Source: a virus. Taken from it: a stretch of DNA of 64,000 nucleotides. The stretch spans positions 10,005-74,004 of IMG/VR virus record IMGVR_UViG_3300036785_000296. One strand, written 5' to 3'. Positions 28,917 to 38,903 of the stretch are shown here, piece after piece. Below the pieces are notes generated by a model that saw only the letters and a list, made by a program, of their open reading frames with translations, made no database searches and was not told the origin of the DNA. The position numbers and the translations under genes are program-made. Every line of letters begins with the position of its first letter. Within the stretch, counting starts at the first letter, position 1.

Positions 28917-29890
28917 CAGGAGAGCCCGGTGTGGCCGGTCGAGACGACATACGGCGTAGTCTGTGCCTGCTGGGGGTCGGTCGAGAGGCAGAGAAGGTCG
29001 GAGTACCAGTCGTTGCCGCGCGTGTCGCCTGAGTGGGTGATCTCGATGATCCGGTACATGCCGTCCGCGCTGATGATCGTCCGACTGCCTTCGGCGGCGA
29101 GGCCAGCTTGGTTTGCAACCGCACCCTCTCCGAAGACTAGATTGAGCTGCTGCTGGAGCGTGTCCCCATTGTTGATGCGGACGCGCTGATGACACTCCAG
29201 CCGCCCGTTGAGCAGGACTTGGACGCGGACGCCTTCGTCGGTCTGCTCGGGCCAGTTGACCATGCCGGTGGCGCCGTTGATCTCGACCGGGTCCAGCGAG
29301 GAGTAGCCGTTGTAGGGGACGATGACGATCTTGCCCCTCTGGATCGACCACGTACACATCATGTGCATCGCCTGATCGCGGGCGGCGTCGTCGCCGTTGG
29401 TGAAGAGGGTCCTGCCGCGCGGGCTTTGGTTTCGCAGCTCCTGCGGAAGCTGGTCTTCACTCGGCATCTGGCCGATGGGCAGCTTCAGCGCCTTGGCGAT
29501 GGCCTCCCAGCGCTGCTGATAGGTCGAGCCGTTGCCTATGGCGGCGTAGACCATCTGGTAGGCGAGCGCCCGGTCGCCATCAATCGCCGTGATATCGATG
29601 TAGCGCTCGGCCTTGTCGCCGTCCCAGCCGCGCCGGACCTGAACGATGGTGCCCTCGAAGATGGTCGGCGGGTTCTCCTCGTAGCCCGCGTTCAGGATCA
29701 GGTCGGTGAACTCACCCTGTACGCGCCCCACGTTCCGCTCATCGAGATTGTAGAGCCGGACGTTGCAGATGTTGCCGGTCTGCATGACCCACGAGGTGGT
29801 CGAGAAGGTGAAGTGCATATCCGAGACGTCGAGCCCGGCTTGGTTGCTGGTGAGGGCGAGCTGAACGTGCCGGAGATATTGCTGCGTCAT
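28916..29890 (-). CDS. Baseplate hub protein
   Basis: YNL, LNAGY, IF.G.I, DGD, WSIQ.G, G.Y.I....HSGDTRG.DWY. Confidence 0.85.
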   Translation of the reverse strand: MTQQYLRHVQLALTSNQAGLDVSDMHFTFSTTSWVMQTGNICNVRLYNLDERNVGRVQGEFTDLILNAGYEENPPTIFEGTIVQVRRGWDGDKAERYIDITAIDGDRALAYQMVYAAIGNGSTYQQRWEAIAKALKLPIGQMPSEDQLPQELRNQSPRGRTLFTNGDDAARDQAMHMMCTWSIQRGKIVIVPYNGYSSLDPVEINGATGMVNWPEQTDEGVRVQVLLNGRLECHQRVRINNGDTLQQQLNLVFGEGAVANQAGLAAEGSRTIISADGMYRIIEITHSGDTRGNDWYSDLLCLSTDPQQAQTTPYVVSTGHTGLS

Positions 29891-30201
29891 GGCGTCACCC
29901 AGTACATCGGACAGTCCGTCCCCAGGTTGTCGAAGGTCGGGTCAGCGGTCGGGTCCTGCGCCGTCTGCATCCACAGCTCGCCGATGAAGCCCAGGTAGCC
30001 GTACTGTTCAAGCAAATCGTGGCCCGCGACCATCGGGACGCCCTGCACCAGCGGATTGCCGCCGCCGTCGCCGATATCCAAGAACCAGCCGCCCATGCCG
30101 CAGGGGTCGTCGCGCCAGACGATCTGGAAGGTGTAGGGCAGGCCGAGCGAGATCGTGAAGCGCTCGTTGACGCCAATCAGGGGGATGACGGCGACCGCCA
30201 C
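29887..30201 (-). CDS. Baseplate plug-like protein
   Basis: GWFLDI......LV.G.P.V.G.DLL.QY.YLG, P.FDNLG. Confidence 0.75.
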   Translation of the reverse strand: MAVAVIPLIGVNERFTISLGLPYTFQIVWRDDPCGMGGWFLDIGDGGGNPLVQGVPMVAGHDLLEQYGYLGFIGELWMQTAQDPTADPTFDNLGTDCPMYWVTP

Positions 30202-30887
30202 TAGATGACCGCTGGGACGGTGGCGCCGCTCGCCTGCGCCTGCTTGGGGCCGCCCTGAGAGACGCCGGAGGTCTTCTGCGGGTCGGCCTGCTTCCCCGCC
30301 GATGGCGGCCCCGGCGTGAAGGGGTTCAGTTCCCCGGTTTTCACGATGATGACCTCCTGGCAAGAAATCTGGAGCATGAGCGCATGCTCGGTCGACTGGT
30401 CGTTCGTCATGCTGATGCTCGCCATCAGCATGTTCTCGTAGAGCCGCTTGCCGGTCTGGATCGGGAAGGTGAGGCGCGACTTCTGGAGATCGCGGAGCTG
30501 ATCGTAGACGTGCTGGACGTAGCCCTCGCCCCACGACTGCGACTGAGCGTTCGTCGTCATCATGGTGAGATCGAGCCGCGCAGGCTCCATGAAGGAGTGG
30601 TCGGTGATCTGCGCGCCAGCCGCCACCGGGTGCTGGGTGATCTGAAGCGTGTCGGTGCCGCTCTCCCTGATCGTCATCAGGGCGGTGACCGGCCCCAGGT
30701 AGCGGAACTTGTCGCCCCAGACCCCGCCGTTGCCCGCGTTGCCCGCCAGGAGCGCACCCAGCAGACCGGGCAGGGCGAGGTTGACATTGAGCGGCCCGAT
30801 GGTGACCGGCTGCACCACGCCGGGCGCCGGCGTCGGCTGAAGCCGAAGCGCCCGACCGCCCACAAGCACGAGGGGCTGCTGGTTCAC
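30201..30887 (-). CDS. Dit-like tail tube initiator
   Basis: IT.HPV..GA.ITDH....PA, TGKRLYENML. Confidence 0.8.
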   Translation of the reverse strand: MNQQPLVLVGGRALRLQPTPAPGVVQPVTIGPLNVNLALPGLLGALLAGNAGNGGVWGDKFRYLGPVTALMTIRESGTDTLQITQHPVAAGAQITDHSFMEPARLDLTMMTTNAQSQSWGEGYVQHVYDQLRDLQKSRLTFPIQTGKRLYENMLMASISMTNDQSTEHALMLQISCQEVIIVKTGELNPFTPGPPSAGKQADPQKTSGVSQGGPKQAQASGATVPAVI

Positions 30888-32560
30888 GCTACCGCCCTTG
30901 GCCGCGTGTGCCGCGCATTGAGGTGGCGATTAATCTCGCGCATGGTGCCGGGCGGGTCGGTGGCGCGGATGTTGAAGTTGTTGGTCTGGGAGCCGATGGT
31001 CGGGCCGCCCCCAAGCGAACTCAGGTAGACGAGGCCTCGCCGGATGTCGCCCTCCGCCTGAACATGGCCCTCACCCTTCTTGTCCGGCCGCATGACGTTG
31101 TAGACGTAGGCATGCTGCGCCTGCGCGGCGGTCACGGCGGCACGCACCGAGGCCCAGCCTGGGTCGGTCTGGTCGAGGGTGTTCAGGTACTCGATCATGT
31201 GGCCAAACTTCTCTTCGGTGGTGCCGCCTGCCCCGTACTTTTTGAGGTAGCCAGCCTTGCGCGTCCCGAGGAGCTGCTCGATCCCGAGCGCGCCGTATCC
31301 TTTGGGACCGATGGCGGTTGGCGTGCCACCTTCGCCGAGGACGCCCATCGCAATGCCGCGCGCCTGCTGAGCCGTCCACTTGCCGGACGCGATCAGCGCC
31401 GCCTCGACGCGGTGCGCCCAATAGAGCTTGTAGGCCGCCGTCTCGCCCTTGCCCCGCCCGAGGCGCGGCGGCGCGGCGCCTGACGGCGGCGGTTGCGGCG
31501 GCGGCGCAGCGTGCGTCGGGGCGTCGTGAGGATGGGTCGGCGGCGGCGGCGGCGTCGGCGAGCCAGCGCCAGCGCCGTGATGGGTCGGCGCCGGAGGCTT
31601 GGCCCCGCCGCCAGCACCGGCAGCGCCTCCGAAGCCTGCGAAGCCTCCCCAGCCCGCAAAGCTCGCGGCGGCTTGGCTGATCCCGGTCCCAATCGCGCTG
31701 GGGAGGATCAGGTTCTGCGGGACGCCCTTGGCGGTCGCGTCGGCCCAAGACCTAGCGATGCCTTCGATCCCGCGCGCGACGCCGGAAAGAGAGTTGGCGA
31801 ACTGGACCCCGACCTGCACGCCCTGCGTCATCAGGCCCAGGAAGGGGTCGAGCGCGCCGATCTTGAGGTTGCGGACGTCCTCACCCAGTTCGCGCATCGC
31901 GGTCGAGGTGGCGTTGGCGTCCTTGGTCGTCTGGTCGAGGTTGGCGCCGAAGTCCTTCTGGCTCTTGATGCTTTGGTCCCAGAACTGCTTGCTCTTCGAG
32001 GGGTCCCATTGGCTGACATCGCCGAAAGTGATCGGGAGACCGGACGCCTGTAGCAGCGCTGCCGTGCGCGACTGTTCGGCTGGGGTGCCGTGCGCGCCCC
32101 TGGCGAGCGCGTCCATCATCTTGCGGCTGGCGACCTCCGGCTTATCGGAGGGCAGCACGCCGGCGCCCGGCGCGACCGAGTTGGCCCACTGCGCGAAGGC
32201 CACCGGCTGCATCAAGGCCTTTTTCTGCTCTAGGTACTCGCCGAACGCCTGTCCCTTTTCCGGCGCGAGACCCATCTGCTTGTAGACGTAGGACAGCGCC
32301 GAGATGTTCTGGGCGGTGTCCTGCAAGCGGCGGCCAGCGAAGTAGAGCTGATCGAGCTGCGAGGTCAGCGCCAGCACGCCCTTCACCATCTTGGCCGCGT
32401 CCTTGCCGACGCTTTCGGCCACGTCGGACCAGATGTTGCCGAAGGCGACCGCCTGGGTGGCGTTGCTCTTCAGGGCCTTGGTGAAGTCGCCGAGGGTCTT
32501 CTGATCGACCTTGAAGCCAAGCTCCGCGAGGAACTCCTGAATGACCGTGGAGTCAGGCAT
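30884..32560 (-). CDS. Tape measure protein with C-terminal phage-tail-lysozyme-like domain
   Basis: I.EFL.ELGFKVD start; A.GI...V.GE...P.A....GALGI.Q..G.R region; follows chaperones. Confidence 0.75.
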   Translation of the reverse strand: MPDSTVIQEFLAELGFKVDQKTLGDFTKALKSNATQAVAFGNIWSDVAESVGKDAAKMVKGVLALTSQLDQLYFAGRRLQDTAQNISALSYVYKQMGLAPEKGQAFGEYLEQKKALMQPVAFAQWANSVAPGAGVLPSDKPEVASRKMMDALARGAHGTPAEQSRTAALLQASGLPITFGDVSQWDPSKSKQFWDQSIKSQKDFGANLDQTTKDANATSTAMRELGEDVRNLKIGALDPFLGLMTQGVQVGVQFANSLSGVARGIEGIARSWADATAKGVPQNLILPSAIGTGISQAAASFAGWGGFAGFGGAAGAGGGAKPPAPTHHGAGAGSPTPPPPPTHPHDAPTHAAPPPQPPPSGAAPPRLGRGKGETAAYKLYWAHRVEAALIASGKWTAQQARGIAMGVLGEGGTPTAIGPKGYGALGIEQLLGTRKAGYLKKYGAGGTTEEKFGHMIEYLNTLDQTDPGWASVRAAVTAAQAQHAYVYNVMRPDKKGEGHVQAEGDIRRGLVYLSSLGGGPTIGSQTNNFNIRATDPPGTMREINRHLNARHTRPRAVA

Positions 32561-32726
32561 CGTCCTTCGTGGCCTCGTTCAGGCGGAAGTCGTTCTCGTC
32601 CTGCGCGTCCAGGGCGTTGTTGCAGTCCCAAATGAACTCCAGCTTGACGCTCGGGTCCAGCAGGCTCTCGGCCTTCAGCATACCCCGAAGCACGGGCCGC
32701 CATAGCCAGTCCTCGTCGTCCGGCAT
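32553..32726 (-). CDS. Tail assembly chaperone, frameshift-extension part (gpT-like)
   Basis: MPDDEDWLWRPV..GM....SL.D....L..I...N.ALD; in -1 frame of upstream chaperone. Confidence 0.75.
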   Translation of the reverse strand: MPDDEDWLWRPVLRGMLKAESLLDPSVKLEFIWDCNNALDAQDENDFRLNEATKDDA

Positions 32727-32764
32727 CGAGACCGGCTCGAAGCCGGCGGGCGTCTTTCGCCGAC

Positions 32765-33184
32765 TTACGAAGCTAGGGCTCCGGCGGGAATAAAACCCCC
32801 GGCGTTCTCCAGCACCGCCTGGATCACCAGCCTCACCATCAGCGGCATCGTGATCCAGTCGAACATGAAGCTCGTGCCAAGCGTGATCGGCGCGAGCGCG
32901 TTGCCCTGCTCTGGGAGCCTCACCTGAACGACCGACAGCGAGGTGAAGATCACGTAGTTGGCGTCGGCTTCCGGCATCTCGGCGAGCGCCTTGGCGACGG
33001 GCTCAACGAGCTGCGCCACCATCTCCAGATCGTTCTCATCGAAGATCACTGCGCCGGTGATGAACGGGATGAAGTCCTTCAGCGAGCCGACCAGCGGCGC
33101 GATCTTGCGGACGATGTGGAAAGCCCGGAGCGGGTCGAGGGTGCCGATGACGAACTGGCGTCCGTCCGATGGGTATTCGCGCAA
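32765..33184 (-). CDS. Tail assembly chaperone (gpG-like)
   Basis: Between tube and tape measure; FHIVRKIAP motif. Confidence 0.8.
   Translation of the reverse strand: MREYPSDGRQFVIGTLDPLRAFHIVRKIAPLVGSLKDFIPFITGAVIFDENDLEMVAQLVEPVAKALAEMPEADANYVIFTSLSVVQVRLPEQGNALAPITLGTSFMFDWITMPLMVRLVIQAVLENAGGFIPAGALAS
32792..32798 (-). promoter_or_regulatory. -1 programmed ribosomal frameshift slippery site G-GGT-TTT
   Basis: X-XXY-YYZ heptamer near the end of the chaperone gene; -1 frame open into MPDDEDW. Confidence 0.8.
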
Positions 33185-33192
33185 GTGTCACC

Positions 33193-33723
33193 CTATCCAG
33201 GGAGCGGGATGCTTATCCCTGTGCCGCCGAGGCCAGGGATTGCAACCCCCAGCGTGATGGCGCCGAGCTGCGGCGAGCCCGAGCCGATCAGGTCGTCGCG
33301 GCTGATGGCGTCGAACACCCACTCCATGATCCCGCCGTCCTTCGAGTAGGCGACCGGCGCCTGCTTGGCGAAGGCGCAGTTGCGGAGCGTGATCTGGTCG
33401 CCGCGCGCGAAGTCCTGCACCGTGATCAGGTTCTGGCCCCACATCGCGCTCGACTGTTGCTGGAAGTTGTAGACCGCCGAGAGCTGCGCGTTGGCCGGGC
33501 TGGTCTTCAGCAGCCGGACGGTCGCCCTGGCCGCCTTCGAGGCGTGCAGCGAGTGCATCCCGCTGCCGTCCGCCCCGATGGTCATGGTGTTCTTGTCCTC
33601 CATCATGTCCACGGTGATGCCTTCGTCAGCGTTGCCGACGCCGGAGCCCAGCGAGAACGAGCCGCCGGGCCCGCTGAACGACACCTTCACGTCCGTGAAA
33701 CTATAAGTTTGTGACGCAGCCAT
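33193..33723 (-). CDS. Tail tube protein (DUF3277)
   Basis: YSF.DV, EGIT, NTMTIGADG.GMHSL, LLKTSP.NAQL. Confidence 0.88.
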   Translation of the reverse strand: MAASQTYSFTDVKVSFSGPGGSFSLGSGVGNADEGITVDMMEDKNTMTIGADGSGMHSLHASKAARATVRLLKTSPANAQLSAVYNFQQQSSAMWGQNLITVQDFARGDQITLRNCAFAKQAPVAYSKDGGIMEWVFDAISRDDLIGSGSPQLGAITLGVAIPGLGGTGISIPLPG

Positions 33724-33733
33724 CGCTCAGCTC

Positions 33734-35317
33734 CTACGGGTTGACAGTGACTGCTATGTTCGCCGTGTGGACCGCCCCGGCCGTCTTCGCCGCCACCTGA
33801 TAGGGCACGCTCTTTCGCGCCGCCCGGTCGGCCTGCGCTTGGCTGATGATCGGCGGCGTGTAGACGTAGTAGCCCTTCGACAGGTAGCTGCCGTTGGTGA
33901 TCTGGCCGAACCCGCCAGCGTTCCACTGCCCAGGCCCGATGTAGCCGTTGGTCACGTACTGCGCGCAGGCCGCCTCGATGGCGTTGGCGCCCTGGTGGTT
34001 GCCGCCGTCCGTCTGCGGCAGCTTCGGCACGCCCGCCAGGAGGTTGAAGTAGTCCACCTGAATGGAGTTGCAGAGCCCGTCCGCGCCGAAAATCTCGTCA
34101 ACGAAGATTTCGTTCGCGCCGCTGCCGGGCGTGATCGAGGTGCAGATCATGCAGCCGTTCACCACCACCGGCACGCCGTTGTTGAACACCGCGTAGTAGT
34201 TGTAGCCCGAGGCATCGAGCGCGTTCGCCTGGGTCGCGGTGAGCTGCTCGGGCGTGATCCCCGGCTCCTGCTTGTAGGCCGCCGTGATCATCGTGTTCGC
34301 GCCGCGCAGGTTCACCGTCGCGAAGAGCGCGATCAGCGAGCACGCCGCGAAGCTGCACGCCGCCCAGGCGCTGCCGAAGGTGCTGGAGAAGTTCGGCGGG
34401 TTGCTCGACCACTGCACGAAGGTGCGCTGGTAGCCCGAGTTGTGCAGCACGGTCCCCACGTCGGTGCCGACCGCCGCGTTGAGCGCGTTCGGGTCGTTCG
34501 TGGTCAGGCCGTAGATGTGCGGCGCGGCGGTCTGGGTGGCCGCCTCGATGTACGCCGCGATGGCCTCGACGTCGGCGACCGCGAGGTGCGGGCAGGCGTC
34601 GGTGTTCAGCGCGTACCAGTAGGTCGCCTGCTGGTCGCAGGCCTGCACCGCCTGGAGCGCCGTCTCGGCCGCGATGCCGCTGATCGACTGGCCGCCGCTC
34701 GCGGCATTGGTATTCAGCAACGGGCCGAGGTCCGTGCCAGCGGTCGGCGCCGTGGTGACCGACATCGAGGAGGCGGGCCCGCTGGTGCCCGACTTCAGCA
34801 CGAACTGCTGGCCGTTCCACGTACACGTCGAGCCCGCGAGCCCGCTCTGCATCGCGGCCTGGATCAGGGCGGCGACCGCATTGAGGTTCGCCGCCGTCGC
34901 GAGGTTGACCCCGGTCACGTTGACCGCCGCGCCGCCGTTCATGGCGACGTGGAAGCCGCCGTTCACGACGCCGGTGAAGTTGCTCATCGCCTGCTCGGCG
35001 CTCGTCAGCGGGGCGCCGAGGCAGCGCCCGGCGCTCGCCTGCTGGGCCCAGCGGCCGATGTAGAGCAGGTTCGGCTGCGGCAACTGGGAGAAGAACGCCT
35101 GCGCGGCGAGGTACTCGGGCGGCCATGCGCCGCCGACCTGGGGGAACGCCTGGGCGACCGCGCTCAGCGAGTTGAACGACATGATCCGGCTGACGGGATC
35201 GATCACGGTGCTTTCGCCAAGGATCAGCGTCGAGTTGAGGTTGGCGAAGCCCGCCAGGGCGGCGGAAAGGCTCAGACTGACGTTGATCAGCCGGGAGGTG
35301 GACAGACCCTGCGGCAT
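33734..35317 (-). CDS. Tail sheath protein (DUF3383)
   Basis: PEYLAA..FFSQ.PQP..LYIGRW, KQEPG, K.PQTD.G, Q.QADR.ARKS, AGAVH. Confidence 0.9.
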   Translation of the reverse strand: MPQGLSTSRLINVSLSLSAALAGFANLNSTLILGESTVIDPVSRIMSFNSLSAVAQAFPQVGGAWPPEYLAAQAFFSQLPQPNLLYIGRWAQQASAGRCLGAPLTSAEQAMSNFTGVVNGGFHVAMNGGAAVNVTGVNLATAANLNAVAALIQAAMQSGLAGSTCTWNGQQFVLKSGTSGPASSMSVTTAPTAGTDLGPLLNTNAASGGQSISGIAAETALQAVQACDQQATYWYALNTDACPHLAVADVEAIAAYIEAATQTAAPHIYGLTTNDPNALNAAVGTDVGTVLHNSGYQRTFVQWSSNPPNFSSTFGSAWAACSFAACSLIALFATVNLRGANTMITAAYKQEPGITPEQLTATQANALDASGYNYYAVFNNGVPVVVNGCMICTSITPGSGANEIFVDEIFGADGLCNSIQVDYFNLLAGVPKLPQTDGGNHQGANAIEAACAQYVTNGYIGPGQWNAGGFGQITNGSYLSKGYYVYTPPIISQAQADRAARKSVPYQVAAKTAGAVHTANIAVTVNP

Positions 35318-35320
35318 CGA

Positions 35321-35542
35321 TCAGCTCCTCTTCGACCGCGTCGGGTGCTGCGGCTCGTCGTCAGGATGGTCGGCAAGACCCTCCATCGGATGATCCTCGC
35401 CGCTTGGGCCGCGCGCCTCGACCACGTACTGCGGCATCGCGCCTGCGACCTCGTCCGTGTAGTAGCGCTTGCCGGCTGGGACGCTCAGCGTGCGGTAGCC
35501 GAGATCGAGTGGGAAGGCGACCGGAACATCGCACTCTTTCAT
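35321..35542 (-). CDS. Small hypothetical protein
   Basis: GAGGAG RBS, in operon. Confidence 0.55.
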   Translation of the reverse strand: MKECDVPVAFPLDLGYRTLSVPAGKRYYTDEVAGAMPQYVVEARGPSGEDHPMEGLADHPDDEPQHPTRSKRS

Positions 35543-36129
35543 GGCGCGGCTCCTCTCGGGGGACCATCGTAGCTCACGCTCACGGCCTCTGTCTTCACCG
35601 TCACGTCGAGGGCGACGATGTCGCGGATCGGGTAGGTGCGGTTGATGATCCGCCGGATCGAGAACGGCAGCTCGCTGGTCTGCATCCAGCGGTTCTTGAC
35701 CAGATCGCCGCCGCGCTGGAGCTGCCCGACGCTGACGAGCCCCATGCCGTTGGCGAAGAGGGGCTCGCGGTTCTGGGCGAGGCCCAGGCCGTCGCGCATC
35801 AGCGAGGCGTTCGCCTGACAGTGCGGCCCATAGAACGTCGTGGTGATGTCGAGCGTCTCATGCCGGGTGACGATGCTGACGCCGTCTTCCTCGTGCTCCT
35901 CGACCGCGTAGGTGTCGCCCTCGCGCATGCTGACGCCGACCGCCGCCCAGTCCACGCCCCACTCGGGGATGTTCGGCGGCTCCGGTTGCCAGCGCGGGTA
36001 GACGAGGTGGCCGGGCATTCCGGTGATCCCGACGACGAACGCCTGGAGGAAATCATCGAGCGCGTCGTCTTCCAGCGGGTCGCCCGCCAGGGGAAGCAAC
36101 GGCCCGCCGGTGGATGAGTCAGCAGTCAT
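35539..36129 (-). CDS. Tail terminator/neck protein
   Basis: GITG....LV.PRWQP.PP..P, FYGP, RDGL...QN. Confidence 0.8.
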   Translation of the reverse strand: MTADSSTGGPLLPLAGDPLEDDALDDFLQAFVVGITGMPGHLVYPRWQPEPPNIPEWGVDWAAVGVSMREGDTYAVEEHEEDGVSIVTRHETLDITTTFYGPHCQANASLMRDGLGLAQNREPLFANGMGLVSVGQLQRGGDLVKNRWMQTSELPFSIRRIINRTYPIRDIVALDVTVKTEAVSVSYDGPPRGAAP

Positions 36130-36550
36130 CGGCCGACCCGGAGCCGCTCGCCCACTGGTCCCAGCCGGTGCCGTCCGGCGGCTGGTCGAGGTGATCCATC
36201 GAGCTGCACTCGGCCTTCACGAAGCCCGCGCCGTAGTGGCTCCAGTTGTAGACCTTGTTCACCACGAACTGGGTGCCGTTCCAGAGGACGATGTCGGGCT
36301 GGAAGCCGGGGCTGATCCCGCGCACGCGGAACTTGGTGATGATCGCGATGAGCTGCGGCAGGTTCTGCTGGTCGGGCCCCCGGATCATCGGCTGGTCGGT
36401 CTGCGGCTGCACCGAGGCGATGATGGTGTGGACGGTGTTCGACGTGGTCATGCGACCGTTCTCGCCGATCACCTCCGCGCGGCGCAGCAGTTGGATCGTC
36501 TCCACGAAGTCCGGATCGAGCAGAAGTTCGCTGACATCCACGTCAGGCAC
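36119..36550 (-). CDS. Head-tail adaptor/closure protein
   Basis: DV.ELLLDPDF, D.V.WNG, W.HYGAGF; GTG start after GAGGAG. Confidence 0.75.
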   Translation of the reverse strand: MPDVDVSELLLDPDFVETIQLLRRAEVIGENGRMTTSNTVHTIIASVQPQTDQPMIRGPDQQNLPQLIAIITKFRVRGISPGFQPDIVLWNGTQFVVNKVYNWSHYGAGFVKAECSSMDHLDQPPDGTGWDQWASGSGSADDC

Positions 36551-36848
36551 GGTCGGCGCTCCTCCAGTACGCGCGCATGGCCCTCGCCTTCTTCGCAAGG
36601 GCGTCAGGACTGTGCGTCTTGCCCCGGTGGGCCTGCCGCATCCGCTGCCTGTACTCCGGGTCCTGCCACTTCAGCTTCATGGCGGCCGACTGCGCCGGGT
36701 TGCCATGCAGCCGACGGTGTTCGGCCGATCTCGCCAGGGTGACGGGGCTCGGCACCCTGCCCGCCGTCACCCGCTTCAGGCCAGCGATCCGAGCGGCCCT
36801 GATCTCAGGGTCTTTCCAGCTTCGGCGAGTGCCTTCAGAGTGACCCAT
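36543..36848 (-). CDS. NUMOD3-like basic DNA-binding repeats (homing endonuclease remnant)
   Basis: W.DPE.R repeats and HRGKTHS motif, no nuclease domain. Confidence 0.5.
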   Translation of the reverse strand: MGHSEGTRRSWKDPEIRAARIAGLKRVTAGRVPSPVTLARSAEHRRLHGNPAQSAAMKLKWQDPEYRQRMRQAHRGKTHSPDALAKKARAMRAYWRSADRA

Positions 36849-37670
36849 TCAGGACGCCAGCATCTCGCCGGAGGATTTAGCACCTTTCTGTCGGACGGCG
36901 TAGGTGACCGAGTTCAGGAAGGTCCCGGTATTGATCAGGGGCTGGATGCCGTAGAGCCCCTGCGCCGCGCTCGGCGCCATGCCGCCTGCGACCGCCGCCA
37001 TGTACTGGGTCTCGGACTTGCGCCGACGCCGAGCCTTGCGCTGCCGGAAGCGCGCGGCGACCGTCGAGGCCGCCAGCGGCGTGAAGGCGGCGGTCTTGAT
37101 GTACTTCTTCACCGCGTCCCGAGCGATGGCGCCGACCCGCGCGTGCGCGCCGTGGATCGGCTGCGGATTGAAGGTGCGGAGCGAGCGCCGGGTCGCCTCA
37201 AGGTAGACGTTCAGCACCTCCTTGCGGGCGCTCATGATCCCAGGCGCCAGCCACGGGCGGGCCGGGATGTTCGCTGCCGGCGATCCCTTCTCCATGATGA
37301 GGCCGATGGTGGCGTTGTTGATCGGGCCGCCGTCCTGGCGCTGCGCGGTGTCGGCGGCGACCCCGACCAGCACCTGCTCCCTGGTGAACTCCTTCAGCGC
37401 CTTCAGGAGGTCGTTCAGCCTGTCAGCCGTCTTGGTGACGGTGACGTGCGGGGTCTTGCTCTGTTGCTCACCCTGGCCCTTGCGCCGCTGCGCCCGCTTG
37501 CTGACCTCCTCGTCGGCCTCGCCTTCGGCGGCGCCCTCGTCCATCCCTTCGGCGGCGCCAGCGGCTCCTTCCGCAGCAGCCTCACCGCCAGCAGCAGCAG
37601 CCTCGCCGCCTGCCGCCGCAGCCTCGCCAACGCCCGCAAACAGCTCGGGGATCGCCGCGAGGAACGCCAT
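36849..37670 (-). CDS. Neck/tail completion protein with Ala/Glu-rich N-terminal extension
   Basis: V.VG, NA.IG...E.GSP..NIPARP.L, PLI.TG; GEAAAAG tandem repeats at N-terminus. Confidence 0.75.
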   Translation of the reverse strand: MAFLAAIPELFAGVGEAAAAGGEAAAAGGEAAAEGAAGAAEGMDEGAAEGEADEEVSKRAQRRKGQGEQQSKTPHVTVTKTADRLNDLLKALKEFTREQVLVGVAADTAQRQDGGPINNATIGLIMEKGSPAANIPARPWLAPGIMSARKEVLNVYLEATRRSLRTFNPQPIHGAHARVGAIARDAVKKYIKTAAFTPLAASTVAARFRQRKARRRRKSETQYMAAVAGGMAPSAAQGLYGIQPLINTGTFLNSVTYAVRQKGAKSSGEMLAS

Positions 37671-38107
37671 CAGAGTTGGATCGCGCCAGCCCCGAAGAGC
37701 TGCGCGAAGTGATACCAGCGCCGCCCGTAGATCGTGCCGTTGAGCGCGCCCGCGCCCTCCTCAATCGCCGACTGCACCGCGTAGCTGATCGAGACCTCGC
37801 TCACCGACTTGGACTGCACCGGGCCGCCGATCTGGCCAGGATTGCCGCCCGCCACGCCGTGCTTCAGCGACTGCGCCTCTTCGGTGATGAAGTGCGCGGC
37901 CAGCAGCTCGATGCCGAGCGGCAGCAAGTCCTTCCAGACGCACGGGTTGTTCAGCCGCTGCGACACCGCCAGCCAGTAGTTGAGCGTGCCGTTGGTGTAG
38001 ACCGAGGTGTCGGCGAACTCGGGGAAGTCCTTGCGGAACTGCTTGGGCGTCACCGGCGCGTAGAGGACCGTCGTGTCGAACGGGACCGGGAAGTAGACTT
38101 GGCTCAA
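37670..38107 (-). CDS. Head-tail connector (DUF4054)
   Basis: FR.DFPEF.D, L..AH, SKSV.EVS.SY, T.YG.R. Confidence 0.85.
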   Translation of the reverse strand: MSQVYFPVPFDTTVLYAPVTPKQFRKDFPEFADTSVYTNGTLNYWLAVSQRLNNPCVWKDLLPLGIELLAAHFITEEAQSLKHGVAGGNPGQIGGPVQSKSVSEVSISYAVQSAIEEGAGALNGTIYGRRWYHFAQLFGAGAIQL

Positions 38108-38391
38108 GGCACGCGCCCCCGGCCCACGCGCTTCAGCGCATCGAGCGAGGCCACCTCCTTGTAGGGCTTCTGCGTGGGCCGCTCAGGGCCGGTCGGGCTC
38201 GGATCGGCCTTCGGCTCGTTGCCGCCGAGGATCGTGTCCAGCGACTGCGGGTCGGTGAGGATCACATCGCCGGTCTCGCGCGCGTTCGAGAGCGCGGCGG
38301 CGACCGCTTGCTTCTGCGGATGACCGCTCTTCACCATCTCGCTGATGTTCGAGGACACTGTCTCCTTGGAGGAGCCGGGCTCTAGCGGCAT
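38104..38391 (-). CDS. Small conserved head-region protein
   Basis: MPL..G.S..TVS.NI.E....[12 protein letters not shown] motif. Confidence 0.7.
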   Translation of the reverse strand: MPLEPGSSKETVSSNISEMVKSGHPQKQAVAAALSNARETGDVILTDPQSLDTILGGNEPKADPSPTGPERPTQKPYKEVASLDALKRVGRGRVP

Positions 38392-38903
38392 GGCAGCGCC
38401 TCTTCTTCCCTGACGCGCCGCACATGATAGCGGACCTCGTCAGCGAACCGCCAGGGGGCGATGCCTCGCTGGTTCAGGTTCCGAAGGTGGAAGTAGAGCG
38501 CCTCGCGGAAGTGCCAGAGCCACGCCGGGACAGGGTTGCCGTGCCCGAACGCCTTGCGGCCGGTCAGAGCGACGGCTGCGCGGTTCTCGGCCGCGAGCGC
38601 CAGGACGGCGTCGCACTGCGCCTGCTTGAGGACGAGGTGATCACGGACTGTTTCAAGCAGTGAGATCGCTTGGTTGCTCGCCACGGTCCAGTGCTCGACA
38701 TCCTTGCAGTCGCGATGCAGGCGGGAGTGATACTGGACGTGGCCTACCCCAGTCACATCTGACAGCCAGCGGCTGAGCGCAGGGTTGGTGTTCGCCACCT
38801 TCACGACTGGGAAGACGTAGCCCCCCGTCCGCTGGAGCATGATCGAGCCTTCACCGTCGATGATCCCGGCCAGATAGCCCTTCTGGCTCTGGGTGAGGGG
38901 CAT
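38382..38903 (-). CDS. Free-standing LAGLIDADG homing endonuclease
   Basis: [12 protein letters not shown] motif; L.LK..Q. Confidence 0.85.
   Translation of the reverse strand: MPLTQSQKGYLAGIIDGEGSIMLQRTGGYVFPVVKVANTNPALSRWLSDVTGVGHVQYHSRLHRDCKDVEHWTVASNQAISLLETVRDHLVLKQAQCDAVLALAAENRAAVALTGRKAFGHGNPVPAWLWHFREALYFHLRNLNQRGIAPWRFADEVRYHVRRVREEEALPCR

Noticed and set aside
38382-38903. LAGLIDADG gene as part of an intein or group I intron
   Set aside because: It has its own ATG and stop, the flanking genes look intact, and no intein termini or intron core were seen
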